Below are positions 1 to 7,676 of a DNA stretch of 64,000 nt, piece after piece. Each line of letters opens with the position of its first letter. Within the stretch, counting starts at the first letter, position 1. Below the pieces are notes generated by a model. The model was not told the DNA's origin, did no database searches, and was given only the letters and a program-made list of their open reading frames with translations. The stretch comes from Polyangiaceae bacterium (GTDB lineage Bacteria > Myxococcota_A > Polyangia > Polyangiales > Polyangiaceae), in the NCBI GenBank assembly GCA_050287085.1, contig JBNKBE010000008.1:169448-233447 (forward strand), read 5' to 3'. A program made the position numbers and the translations under genes.

Positions 1-12
1 AAACTGTGCCGG

Positions 13-810
13 CTAGAAACACGGACATAGCGGATCGCCTGGCGGACAGTCACAGGGCTTGGCCGCGGGTTTGGCCGCCGGCTTGGGCTTGGCTTGGGCG
101 GAAGGCGGTGGGCGTTTGGACGAAGCGGAGCCGCCCCCGACGCGCTTGGCGTTGTCTTCCATGTCCTTGAGTTCTTTGTCGATCCGCGCCTTCTCGGCGT
201 CGCTTGCGTTCTCTCGCTGCGCCTTCAGATTCTCGATCTCGGCGAGCAGGGCCTCGAGCTTTTTGGCGCTCTCCTGCGCGGCCAGCTGCGCGGCGGCTTC
301 TTCCTTGGCCGCTCTTTCAGCGGCGGCAGCGGCTTGGGCGGCTAGGGTGGCGCGCTCGCGTTCGCCCTTGACGTAGAGGGCGCCGCCGCCAATGGCGAGC
401 AATACGAGCGCTGCTGCGGAGCCGAGCAGAAGTTTGGTCAGGCGCTTCTTGCCTTCGTCTTGCTTGATGCGCGCGAGCTCAGCTTCGTGGGCCTGTCGCT
501 CTTTCATCGCCGCGAGCTGCGCTTCTTTTTCGGCCTCCGCTCGCGCTCGCTCGAGCTCGGCGTCTTTGATGGCTTGCAGACGCGTCGCTTCTTCGCGTTC
601 GCGCTGTTCTTCAGCGCGAACCCGCTCCTGCTCTTCACGAATGCGCAGCTCCTCCTCCTCGCGAGCCTTCCGCGATGCCGCTTCAGCCGCTTCTTTGGCG
701 GCAAGCTGTTCTGCGGTCTTGCGGCGTTCCTCCTCGCGCAGCCGCTCAGCCTCCAAGTTCATCAACTCGTTGAGGGAGAAAAGGACTGAGCTTTCGTCGT
801 TGTTGGCCAT
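13..810 (-). CDS. Membrane-anchored coiled-coil (TolA-like) protein with C-terminal Cys motif
   Basis: ATG at 810 (MANNDESSVLFSLNELM), long E/R/A coiled coil, one TM helix (LLLGSAAALVLLAIGGGALYV), second coiled coil, ends CDCPPGDPLCPCF. Start chosen from an upstream GAG-like site and sequence composition. Confidence 0.7.
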   Translation of the reverse strand: MANNDESSVLFSLNELMNLEAERLREEERRKTAEQLAAKEAAEAASRKAREEEELRIREEQERVRAEEQREREEATRLQAIKDAELERARAEAEKEAQLAAMKERQAHEAELARIKQDEGKKRLTKLLLGSAAALVLLAIGGGALYVKGERERATLAAQAAAAAERAAKEEAAAQLAAQESAKKLEALLAEIENLKAQRENASDAEKARIDKELKDMEDNAKRVGGGSASSKRPPPSAQAKPKPAAKPAAKPCDCPPGDPLCPCF

Positions 811-1230
811 TTCGGGCGAGGCTCCTGCGATCGGAATTGAGTTGGGCATCGGATGGGGCGCTTGCCCTGGGGGAGGCCCGGCTATCCGCGTAGTGGCGAA
901 TAGCAACCTGGCACGCATTTCGTCAATGTTTGGGTGCCTGAATGATAGCTTGAAGGGGTACCGGCCACGGGGCGTTACGGTGCCCAATGCCCCCTGGGCT
1001 GGGTTGCCTGTGCGGGGTTGGTCCAGGGCAGTGAAACTCCCCGCTGTCGCTGCAAAGTAGCACTAACCACAGCCAGGACCAGCGCTTCCGGCCCATGCGG
1101 AGCGGGCACTCCGTTCGGAGCTACGCGCCGGCCGAAAACGGAACTGCGCTCGGGGAAGGGTGATCCTCTCTGGCGCACACAAGCGCTTTTGTGGCGGCCA
1201 GTGCGGAGTCCGGGACGCCGCTCGGGAGCG

Positions 1231-2250
1231 TCATTCGCGCCAGAAGAGCTTCCACGGGTTATGTTTCAGATCGCGCAGCAGCTCCTGCAAATCGTCGTAG
1301 ACGCCTTCGTCCATGATGAAGGCTCCGGCTGAGCCTCTTCCTTGTTGGACCCGCTCGAGCAAGCGGTTGGTGCTCCCGACGGCTCGGCGTAGGTCTTTCA
1401 TCACCGCGTCGGCCTCGGCGGCTATGCCTTGGTAGCGCGCGAGCTGTTCGCTGCTCGTGAGCGCCTCGCTGGCGTTCGCAAGATTGTGCGCGAGCAATTG
1501 CGTATCGCGCAAGAGGGGCTCCATGTCGCGTCGCAGGGCCGACGTCGTGACCTCGAGGTTGTCGATGGTGCGATCGATCTTAGGGTTGTCGACGTACTTG
1601 TGGCGGACGCCCTGCAGCGTCTCGGACGCCTGCAGAGTCAGCACCTCGACATTGTCGACCACCGCGTCCATCTTTCCAGCATTGCGCTCGAAGAACTGGC
1701 CACTGCCGACCAAAGTGCGATGCAAACCGTCAAAGGTCTCCTCGAGCTTCTTTTCGTTCTTGGTGATGCCCAGATACAGATGATGCAGCAACTCGTAGGC
1801 TTCGCTCAGCAGGAGATCCAGACGCGGCGGACTGACGCCTTTGACGACTGCGCCGTCGCCAAGCGGTGGCTTTTCAGGTGACCCGGGTTCCACCGCGAGA
1901 AAGAACTCACCCAGGACCCCTTGCGTGGAGATGAACCAGCTGGAGTCCTCGTGGATCGATTCCTTGTAGCGGTGCTCGAGCTCGGTCACCACCCGAATGA
2001 GATGGCTGCCACCCTTGGTGGCTGCCTCCTGGCCACGAAACTCAATGGTGCTCACCTTGCCCACTCGCACGCCTGCAAGCCTCACCGGGGCACCGGTCTT
2101 CAAGCCCCCGGGGTTCTCAAAGTCCACGTTGACGCGGTAATTGGGTTCAAGGCTCAGCCCGCCCATGACGATGATGAAGCCCGCAAGCAAGCCGAGGGCG
2201 ACGATGATCAAGATCCCGACCTTGACTTCTATGCTGCGGTGTTGGCTCAT
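1231..2250 (-). CDS. mlaD: MCE/MlaD family protein with long helical extension
   Basis: N-terminal TM (EVKVGILII...), MCE motif GGLKTGAPVRLAGVRVGKV, QGVLGEFFLAVEPG, helical tail ending DLKHNPWKL. Confidence 0.9.
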   Translation of the reverse strand: MSQHRSIEVKVGILIIVALGLLAGFIIVMGGLSLEPNYRVNVDFENPGGLKTGAPVRLAGVRVGKVSTIEFRGQEAATKGGSHLIRVVTELEHRYKESIHEDSSWFISTQGVLGEFFLAVEPGSPEKPPLGDGAVVKGVSPPRLDLLLSEAYELLHHLYLGITKNEKKLEETFDGLHRTLVGSGQFFERNAGKMDAVVDNVEVLTLQASETLQGVRHKYVDNPKIDRTIDNLEVTTSALRRDMEPLLRDTQLLAHNLANASEALTSSEQLARYQGIAAEADAVMKDLRRAVGSTNRLLERVQQGRGSAGAFIMDEGVYDDLQELLRDLKHNPWKLFWRE

Positions 2251-2314
2251 CTTGTCGTGGTAGCTCGTGGTTCTGGGAAGCCCGGGTCACGCTGGCCGAG
2301 TGCTGCAGCCTGGC

Positions 2315-3058
2315 CTAGATTTCCATCGGGCCGTCAGCGCGCCCGTTCGTGAACTGTTCGATGATGGGGTCGGTACTCGTCCGGAAGTCGTGGGGCGTGC
2401 CCCACAGGCGGACGTGGCCTTGATACAACATCACGATGCGGTCTGCGACATCGAAGATGGACCGCAGGTCGTGAGATACAACGATGCTCGTGACGCGCAT
2501 TTCGTCGCTGAGCTGACGGATCAGGGCGTCGACACGGCGAGCGCTGACCGGATCCAGACTGGTCGTCGGTTCGTCGAATAACACGTATTCCGGATCGAGC
2601 GTGAGCGCGCGCGCGATCGCCACTCGCTTCCGCATCCCGTCGCCGATCATCGCGGGGAACTCGTCGGCGACGTCCTCCATGTGGACCGCGCGAAGACGGC
2701 GCAACGCCTCTTCCCGGGCCTGTTTCGCCCCCAGTCGCTTGTGCTTGAGCAGCGGCAGCGCGACGTTGTCGAGGCAGGTCATGGAGTCGAAGAGCGTGGC
2801 GTGCTGGAACACCATCGCGCAGCGCTTTCGGACCGGATAGAGCGCCTCCTCCGAAAGTCGGCTCACCTCGAGGTCGTCGAGCCATATTTCGCCCTCGTCG
2901 GGACGAATGAGTCCGATCAGATGTTTGATCATCACGCTCTTCCCGGCGCCCGAGGCGCCGACGATGAACAAAACCTCACCGCGCTTCACGTCGAAGCTGA
3001 CGCCTTTGAGGATCTGACGGTCGCCGAAGGACTTCTTGACGTCGACGAATCGGATCAT
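2315..3058 (-). CDS. mlaF: MlaF/Mkl-type ABC ATP-binding protein (copy 2, degenerate signature)
   Basis: Walker A GASGAGKS, Q-loop MVFQ, signature IGDGM in place of LSGGM, Walker B LFDEP, H-loop VSHD, tail DPIIEQF. Confidence 0.92.
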   Translation of the reverse strand: MIRFVDVKKSFGDRQILKGVSFDVKRGEVLFIVGASGAGKSVMIKHLIGLIRPDEGEIWLDDLEVSRLSEEALYPVRKRCAMVFQHATLFDSMTCLDNVALPLLKHKRLGAKQAREEALRRLRAVHMEDVADEFPAMIGDGMRKRVAIARALTLDPEYVLFDEPTTSLDPVSARRVDALIRQLSDEMRVTSIVVSHDLRSIFDVADRIVMLYQGHVRLWGTPHDFRTSTDPIIEQFTNGRADGPMEI

Positions 3059-3101
3059 GGCAGGGAAGCGCGGAGCGTGGCGTTCATGTGAAAGTCGGCA
3101 A

Positions 3102-3896
3102 CTAGCGGAGCAGGAGATAGACGAGAGCGCTCACGATGAAGTCCAAGACGATGATGGCCAGCGAGGAACCCACGACGGCACGGGTTGTAGCAGCTCCGAC
3201 GCCCTCAGAGCCACCGCGTGTCGATAGACCGGAGTGGGCGCTGACAATTGGAATGGTCGCGCCGTAGGCCAGGCTCTTGACGCCGCCTTCAACCACATCG
3301 GGCATGTCCACCTCCGAGAAGTTCAGAAACGTGCTGGGCTGAATCTCGAAGAAGACACGTGCGGTGAGAGCGCCGCTCGCACCGGCTACGAAAGCCGCGA
3401 TAATGATCAAGATCACCGTCATCATCAGGCTTGCCAGAAAGCGAGGGCGAACGAGATAGTCCACGGGATCGGCCGCGCACATACGCAGCGCATCGACTTG
3501 TTCCGTGACCACCATGGCACCCAGCTCAGCTGCGATGCCCGCGCCCACCCGCGTAGCCAGCATCAACGCTGAGATGGTGGCGGCCAGATCTTTTACGAGG
3601 AGCTCGAAGTAGGCGGTACCGAGCTGCGTCATGTCGGGAATGACACGCTGCATCTGCAGCCCTGCCTGGTAGACGGAGATCATACCGATGAAGCCCATGA
3701 CCACGACCAAGAAGAACACGCTCTCATTGCCGATCGCGAACATCTGGGTGGCCACATGGCGTCCGCGATGACGCCCTCGCAGACTGAAGTGGAGCGTCCG
3801 GGCGAATAGGCCTTGAAGTTGGAGCCCCACACGCAACTGCAAGAGAACGAAGTCGCCGATGCGATGGGGCAAGCTGGGCCTGGGTTCTGCCATCAC
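3102..3896 (-). CDS. mlaE: MlaE family ABC permease
   Basis: RVGAGIAAELGAMVVTEQVDALRM...DPVDYLVRPRF and GGSEGVGAATTRAVV motifs, several TM helices. Confidence 0.92.
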   Translation of the reverse strand: MMAEPRPSLPHRIGDFVLLQLRVGLQLQGLFARTLHFSLRGRHRGRHVATQMFAIGNESVFFLVVVMGFIGMISVYQAGLQMQRVIPDMTQLGTAYFELLVKDLAATISALMLATRVGAGIAAELGAMVVTEQVDALRMCAADPVDYLVRPRFLASLMMTVILIIIAAFVAGASGALTARVFFEIQPSTFLNFSEVDMPDVVEGGVKSLAYGATIPIVSAHSGLSTRGGSEGVGAATTRAVVGSSLAIIVLDFIVSALVYLLLR

Positions 3897-4627
3897 ATGG
3901 GTCCCTCGACGAGGCCATGCACGAATTGGTGCACATATGGGTCCGGACAGGATCGCGCTTCGTCCGTTGTGCCGTCGAATATCAGGCGCCCCTCGAAGAG
4001 CATCCCGACTCGATCGGTGACGGTGAGCAAACGGTCAAGGTCGCTGGAAACCATGATTGCGGTCGCCCCCCCACGCTGCTGCTCCTCGCGTAGCAAGTTG
4101 AGGAGCTTCTGTGTGCTCACCGGGTCGAGACCGGCGGCGGGTTCGTCGTACAACAACACCGGCGCCCCGGTGATCGTGGCCCGCGCGACGCCCACGCGCT
4201 TCTTCTGGCCGCCACTGAGCTTGTTGGGAAGGCGGGCTCCGAACCCCGGTAACCCAACCGCGGACAATCGCTCCTGCACCCGCTCTCGAATCACGTCCTC
4301 TGGGAGCGCTGTCAGCCGCCGCAGCGGGAAGGCGATGTTGTCCTCCACGGTCATGAAGTCGAATAGCGCGTTGTTCTGAAACAACATGCCGATCCGTGCG
4401 CGCAGCTCGGCGAGTGCCGGCTCCGCAAGCTCCCCAACGCACTGCTCGTCCACCCAGACTTCGCCGCGGCTCAGCGGGATCAGACCGGCGACCGTTTTGA
4501 GCAGTAGGGTCTTTCCGGATGCTCCGGGTCCGATCAGTCCGTAGAGGCAGCCCTTGGGGATCTGCAGCTCGACATCCTGAAATATGGGGCGCTCAAAGGC
4601 GACCGACGCGCCGCGAAAGTGAATCAA
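3893..4627 (-). CDS. mlaF: MlaF/Mkl-type ABC ATP-binding protein (copy 1, H-loop His replaced by Ser)
   Basis: Probable TTG start at 4627 (MIHFRG, compare paralog MIRFVD) overlapping the upstream stop (TTGA). Walker A GPGASGKT, LSGGQ, LLYDEP, H-loop VSSD, tail DPYVHQF. Confidence 0.9.
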   Translation of the reverse strand: MIHFRGASVAFERPIFQDVELQIPKGCLYGLIGPGASGKTLLLKTVAGLIPLSRGEVWVDEQCVGELAEPALAELRARIGMLFQNNALFDFMTVEDNIAFPLRRLTALPEDVIRERVQERLSAVGLPGFGARLPNKLSGGQKKRVGVARATITGAPVLLYDEPAAGLDPVSTQKLLNLLREEQQRGGATAIMVSSDLDRLLTVTDRVGMLFEGRLIFDGTTDEARSCPDPYVHQFVHGLVEGPM

Positions 4628-5439
4628 CTCGGAGGCGCCTTCGAAGGGGTGAGGCGCTGGGGCTCCATGCGGGAGCGGCTCCACAATACGCCGAGAAGTA
4701 CAACCAGCACGACATTGAGGGCTGCCGCCGCGATCAAGACCAGGCGCAAGGGCGACAGCGATGAGTGCGCGACCGCAAACGGGCCCAGCGTCGCCATCCG
4801 CTCGCCGTCTCGTCGGTGGGGCGGACTGGTCACTGCGTGCATGACAACACTCACGTCGGCCGGGGCCAAGCCGGACACTGCACCAGCGACCAGCTGCCGC
4901 ACGTCCACTTCCGACAGCGGGGGGCTTGCGCCCCGGTGGCGCAAGAGTACTGAGGCGCTGGGGGGAGTCGCAGCGCTCTGCCCGAGCGCGCGTTTCTCCG
5001 GCAGGGCCAGGTGAACGCGGGCACTCTGGACCCCATCCAATTCTTGCAGGGTCTTCTCGAGCTCCCCCGCAAGCCCGACGAGCCAACGCGCTCGTTCGCT
5101 GGCTTGAGTGGGCACCATGCCAGGCTCTCCCAAAGCTTGGAGGACTCCGGGGCTCGGCTCTTCCGGTAGACCTGCCGCTGCAAGCACGGAGAGAGCGGCG
5201 CCTACGTCGCCGCGGGCCACGGAGACCTGAAAGCGGCCCTCCCGGATCGGATCGGGCTCGTGATGGGCTGCGATTTGCTCGTCATCGAGGGTTAATACGA
5301 TGCGGGTTGCGCTCCGTTCATCGAGATCGGAGGCGACTTCCGCTTGGCATCCGATGAGCGTGGCCGCCGCGATAGCGGCCGAAAGCCAGCCGCGACGAAG
5401 CGGCCCCCCACCGGCCTCAACAGATGTCTTTCCCGTCAC
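4624..5439 (-). CDS. sctJ: SctJ/YscJ/FliF-family inner-membrane ring lipoprotein (orphan)
   Basis: Lipobox LIGC then QAEVASDLDERSATRIVLTL; GELEKTLQELDGVQSARVHLALPE; PSASVLLRH; VRQLVAGAVSGLAPADVSVV; C-terminal TM. Start uncertain (GTG 5439). Confidence 0.85.
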   Translation of the reverse strand: MTGKTSVEAGGGPLRRGWLSAAIAAATLIGCQAEVASDLDERSATRIVLTLDDEQIAAHHEPDPIREGRFQVSVARGDVGAALSVLAAAGLPEEPSPGVLQALGEPGMVPTQASERARWLVGLAGELEKTLQELDGVQSARVHLALPEKRALGQSAATPPSASVLLRHRGASPPLSEVDVRQLVAGAVSGLAPADVSVVMHAVTSPPHRRDGERMATLGPFAVAHSSLSPLRLVLIAAAALNVVLVVLLGVLWSRSRMEPQRLTPSKAPPS

Positions 5440-5589
5440 AAGTTCCCCACACGTCAGCTCTTTGGTTGCCGCTCCCGGCCACATTGGTGGCCAGTTTCTC
5501 GCGCTCCCCGCGGCGAAGCAAGGGTCATGGGGAGCTTCGCACCAAATCGGGCGCGGCCGCACGGCGGGGCGCTTGGCCTGCCGTTGTGC

Positions 5590-5652
5590 GCGCTGGTGGG
5601 CAACTACTGCGCTGGTGGGCAACTACTGCGCTGGTGGGCAACTACTGCGCTG
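5590..5652. repeat. 19-bp tandem repeat x3.3 (GCGCTGGTGGGCAACTACT)
   Basis: Three exact copies plus 6 bp; the array includes the TAG stop of the 5642-7363 gene. Confidence 0.95.
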
Positions 5653-7363
5653 AGAAGTTGACGCGAACGACGTCGAGTTTGGGATGGGACGGGAACGACA
5701 ACTTGCGCACGGCATTGGCGATGCAGCGTCGGGAGCCATGACTTGGCTGCGTCGACACCGTAACGCCCACGGCACGTCCGTTTTGCACGGCGGCGCAGAT
5801 GTTGATCGCTACGCTGGAGGGCACCCCGCAGTGGCCGAAGTAGGCGCCGCTGTTGAGAATGTTGGCGTATTGTCCTCGCGTGATGTCGGGTTGCCCCCCC
5901 TTCATCGTTATCTCCTCGACATACGCAGCCCGCGCGCCTTCGCAGCTTTGACCTCCACTCAGAATTGGAATTCCACCCTGCGAGCCGACCACTCGAGACT
6001 GCTTCCCGCCTGCGCTTCCTTTCTTCTTAGAAGCAACGTCACCCTCGGCTTCGACGTTGGCGATGGTCTCGGTCTGGACCTGAACTTCGTCCGAGCGCGT
6101 GCCCGTGCGTGCAACGAGCCAAACGCCCGCGCCAGCTATCAGTCCGCCAAGCAGTAGCAGTCCGAGCAGCGCTTTGCCCTGCGACTTCTTCTTCTCTGCC
6201 TGCACCCCAACGTCAACGGCTACCCGTTCAGCTTCGAGTTCCCGGTGGCGCTTGGCGTGCTCGGCAAAGGGCGCAAACTCCGGCCAATCCTGGATCAGGC
6301 GTTCCTGCTGAGTTTGCTGATCAACAAGGCTATCTTCCAACGAAAAAGTGTGTGCACCCAGCTGTTGCAGTAGCTCCATGCCGCTGAACGGTCCGTGGTC
6401 CATCCCGTTCTTCACGACCACATAGCGGGGGCTTGGATCGGCGGATAGACGCGCCTTGACCGCGGCCAGCTCTGCCGTCGCCGCATCACCCCCGGAGGAG
6501 GGCATGGGTTGAGACGGCGGCAGTCCGTGCGAAGCCGGACCGGGTAAAACCCCGCTTCGGGGCCCGGACGGGAAGCCCTGAGATGACGGAGGCGCGGCCA
6601 TGACGGGCAGATTGAGCCCGTGCGGGATCGGGGGCACTTTGGGTATGTTCATCGCCGCGGCGCCCGCCATGGCTCCGCCGGCGCGTGGATCTTCGTCGGG
6701 CGGCAGCATCGACAGCGACACGTCTACGTCGATCGCAAGCAAGCTAACCCGGCGCTGATCGGCCTTTGGAGGAGGGGTGGCGGAGGGCCGCGGCGCAAGG
6801 TTGTAGAGCGCTTCAGCCAAGGCATTGAGGTCGGAAGGACGGTGCTCCGGGGTCGCTATCAAAGCGTTGGCCAACAATACCTCAAATGAGTGCGGCAAAC
6901 CTGGTACTAGCTTTGACGGGCGACGCATGTCGCGGCCCGCGCTCTGTCCCGTGACGAGCTCATACAAGATCGCGCCGATGCTGTAGACGCTGGTTCGGGC
7001 ATCTCCCAGGCGATCGGGGCGAAACTCCGGGGGCATGCAAGCCACGTCCGCGGCCAGCGTCGGAGGGGTGGCGGCTCGTTCGCTGATGAGGACCAAGACC
7101 CCCTGTTGGAACGCGATGTTGGACGGATGTAGATAAACGCCGTAGCCCTGCCGGTGCAAGTCCGCGGCCTGAACGCAGAGCGGGACCACCAGGCGGACGG
7201 CGTCCGCCATTGGGAAGGCAGGTCGGCCGCTGCGCTCCGCGAGAAAAGGACGCAGCACGGTGTTGTTTGGCGGCGCCGGCACCGTGCTCGGATTGGGGAC
7301 CACCTGGAACTGGCCCAAGGGGTTTGGAGCGCTTTGGGACCGCGGAGAGGACTCGCCGTTCAT
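5642..7363 (-). CDS. Pseudokinase / GYF_2-like / TM / AgmX-PglI (TonB_C-like) domain protein
   Basis: Kinase C-lobe remnants (LHPSNI, CMPPE, VYSIGAILYELVTG, PEHRP), Pro-rich linker, GYF_2-like YVVVKNGMDHGPFS..LL, TM, C-terminal AVQNGRAVGVTV...CIANAVRKLSFP. Start uncertain. Confidence 0.65.
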   Translation of the reverse strand: MNGESSPRSQSAPNPLGQFQVVPNPSTVPAPPNNTVLRPFLAERSGRPAFPMADAVRLVVPLCVQAADLHRQGYGVYLHPSNIAFQQGVLVLISERAATPPTLAADVACMPPEFRPDRLGDARTSVYSIGAILYELVTGQSAGRDMRRPSKLVPGLPHSFEVLLANALIATPEHRPSDLNALAEALYNLAPRPSATPPPKADQRRVSLLAIDVDVSLSMLPPDEDPRAGGAMAGAAAMNIPKVPPIPHGLNLPVMAAPPSSQGFPSGPRSGVLPGPASHGLPPSQPMPSSGGDAATAELAAVKARLSADPSPRYVVVKNGMDHGPFSGMELLQQLGAHTFSLEDSLVDQQTQQERLIQDWPEFAPFAEHAKRHRELEAERVAVDVGVQAEKKKSQGKALLGLLLLGGLIAGAGVWLVARTGTRSDEVQVQTETIANVEAEGDVASKKKGSAGGKQSRVVGSQGGIPILSGGQSCEGARAAYVEEITMKGGQPDITRGQYANILNSGAYFGHCGVPSSVAINICAAVQNGRAVGVTVSTQPSHGSRRCIANAVRKLSFPSHPKLDVVRVNFSAQ

Positions 7364-7676
7364 GAGTGCTGAGGAGCCTAGCAAGAGGTATCCGCGGCGG
7401 TCCACCAACGCCGGTGGTTTTTCCGCGGCAGCTCCGATGTAGGCAGGAGTGGCGTCATGAACGTAGAGCCCGGCCTGTGTTGTCAAAAGAATAGAAATAT
7501 TCGACGAGAGTGCTGGACTTCGGTCGCCGCGCACCAGGATGTGGGTCGCATCGAGTGCGGATGTCGATGCTTGTCGCATCAGGGTGCCATCGCACCGAGC
7601 GACCGAGCCAAGCGCCGAACCGAACCACCACCCTGCATTGCGATTGAAAGTAGCCGCATGCTACCGTCGCCACCTT

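Noticed and set aside
908..925. Sigma54 promoter, and the CTGGCACGCATTT 13-mer shared with 49063-49075
   Set aside because: Neither has TTGC at the -12 position, and a 13-mer match is expected by chance at this scale.
3893..5086. 397-aa N-terminally extended ABC ATPase from the ORF track
   Set aside because: The extension lies inside sctJ in another frame; TTG at 4627 matches the paralog N-terminus.
4624..5439. A complete type III secretion or flagellar locus
   Set aside because: No sctC/D/N/Q/R/S/T/U/V or fli/flg genes in the window.
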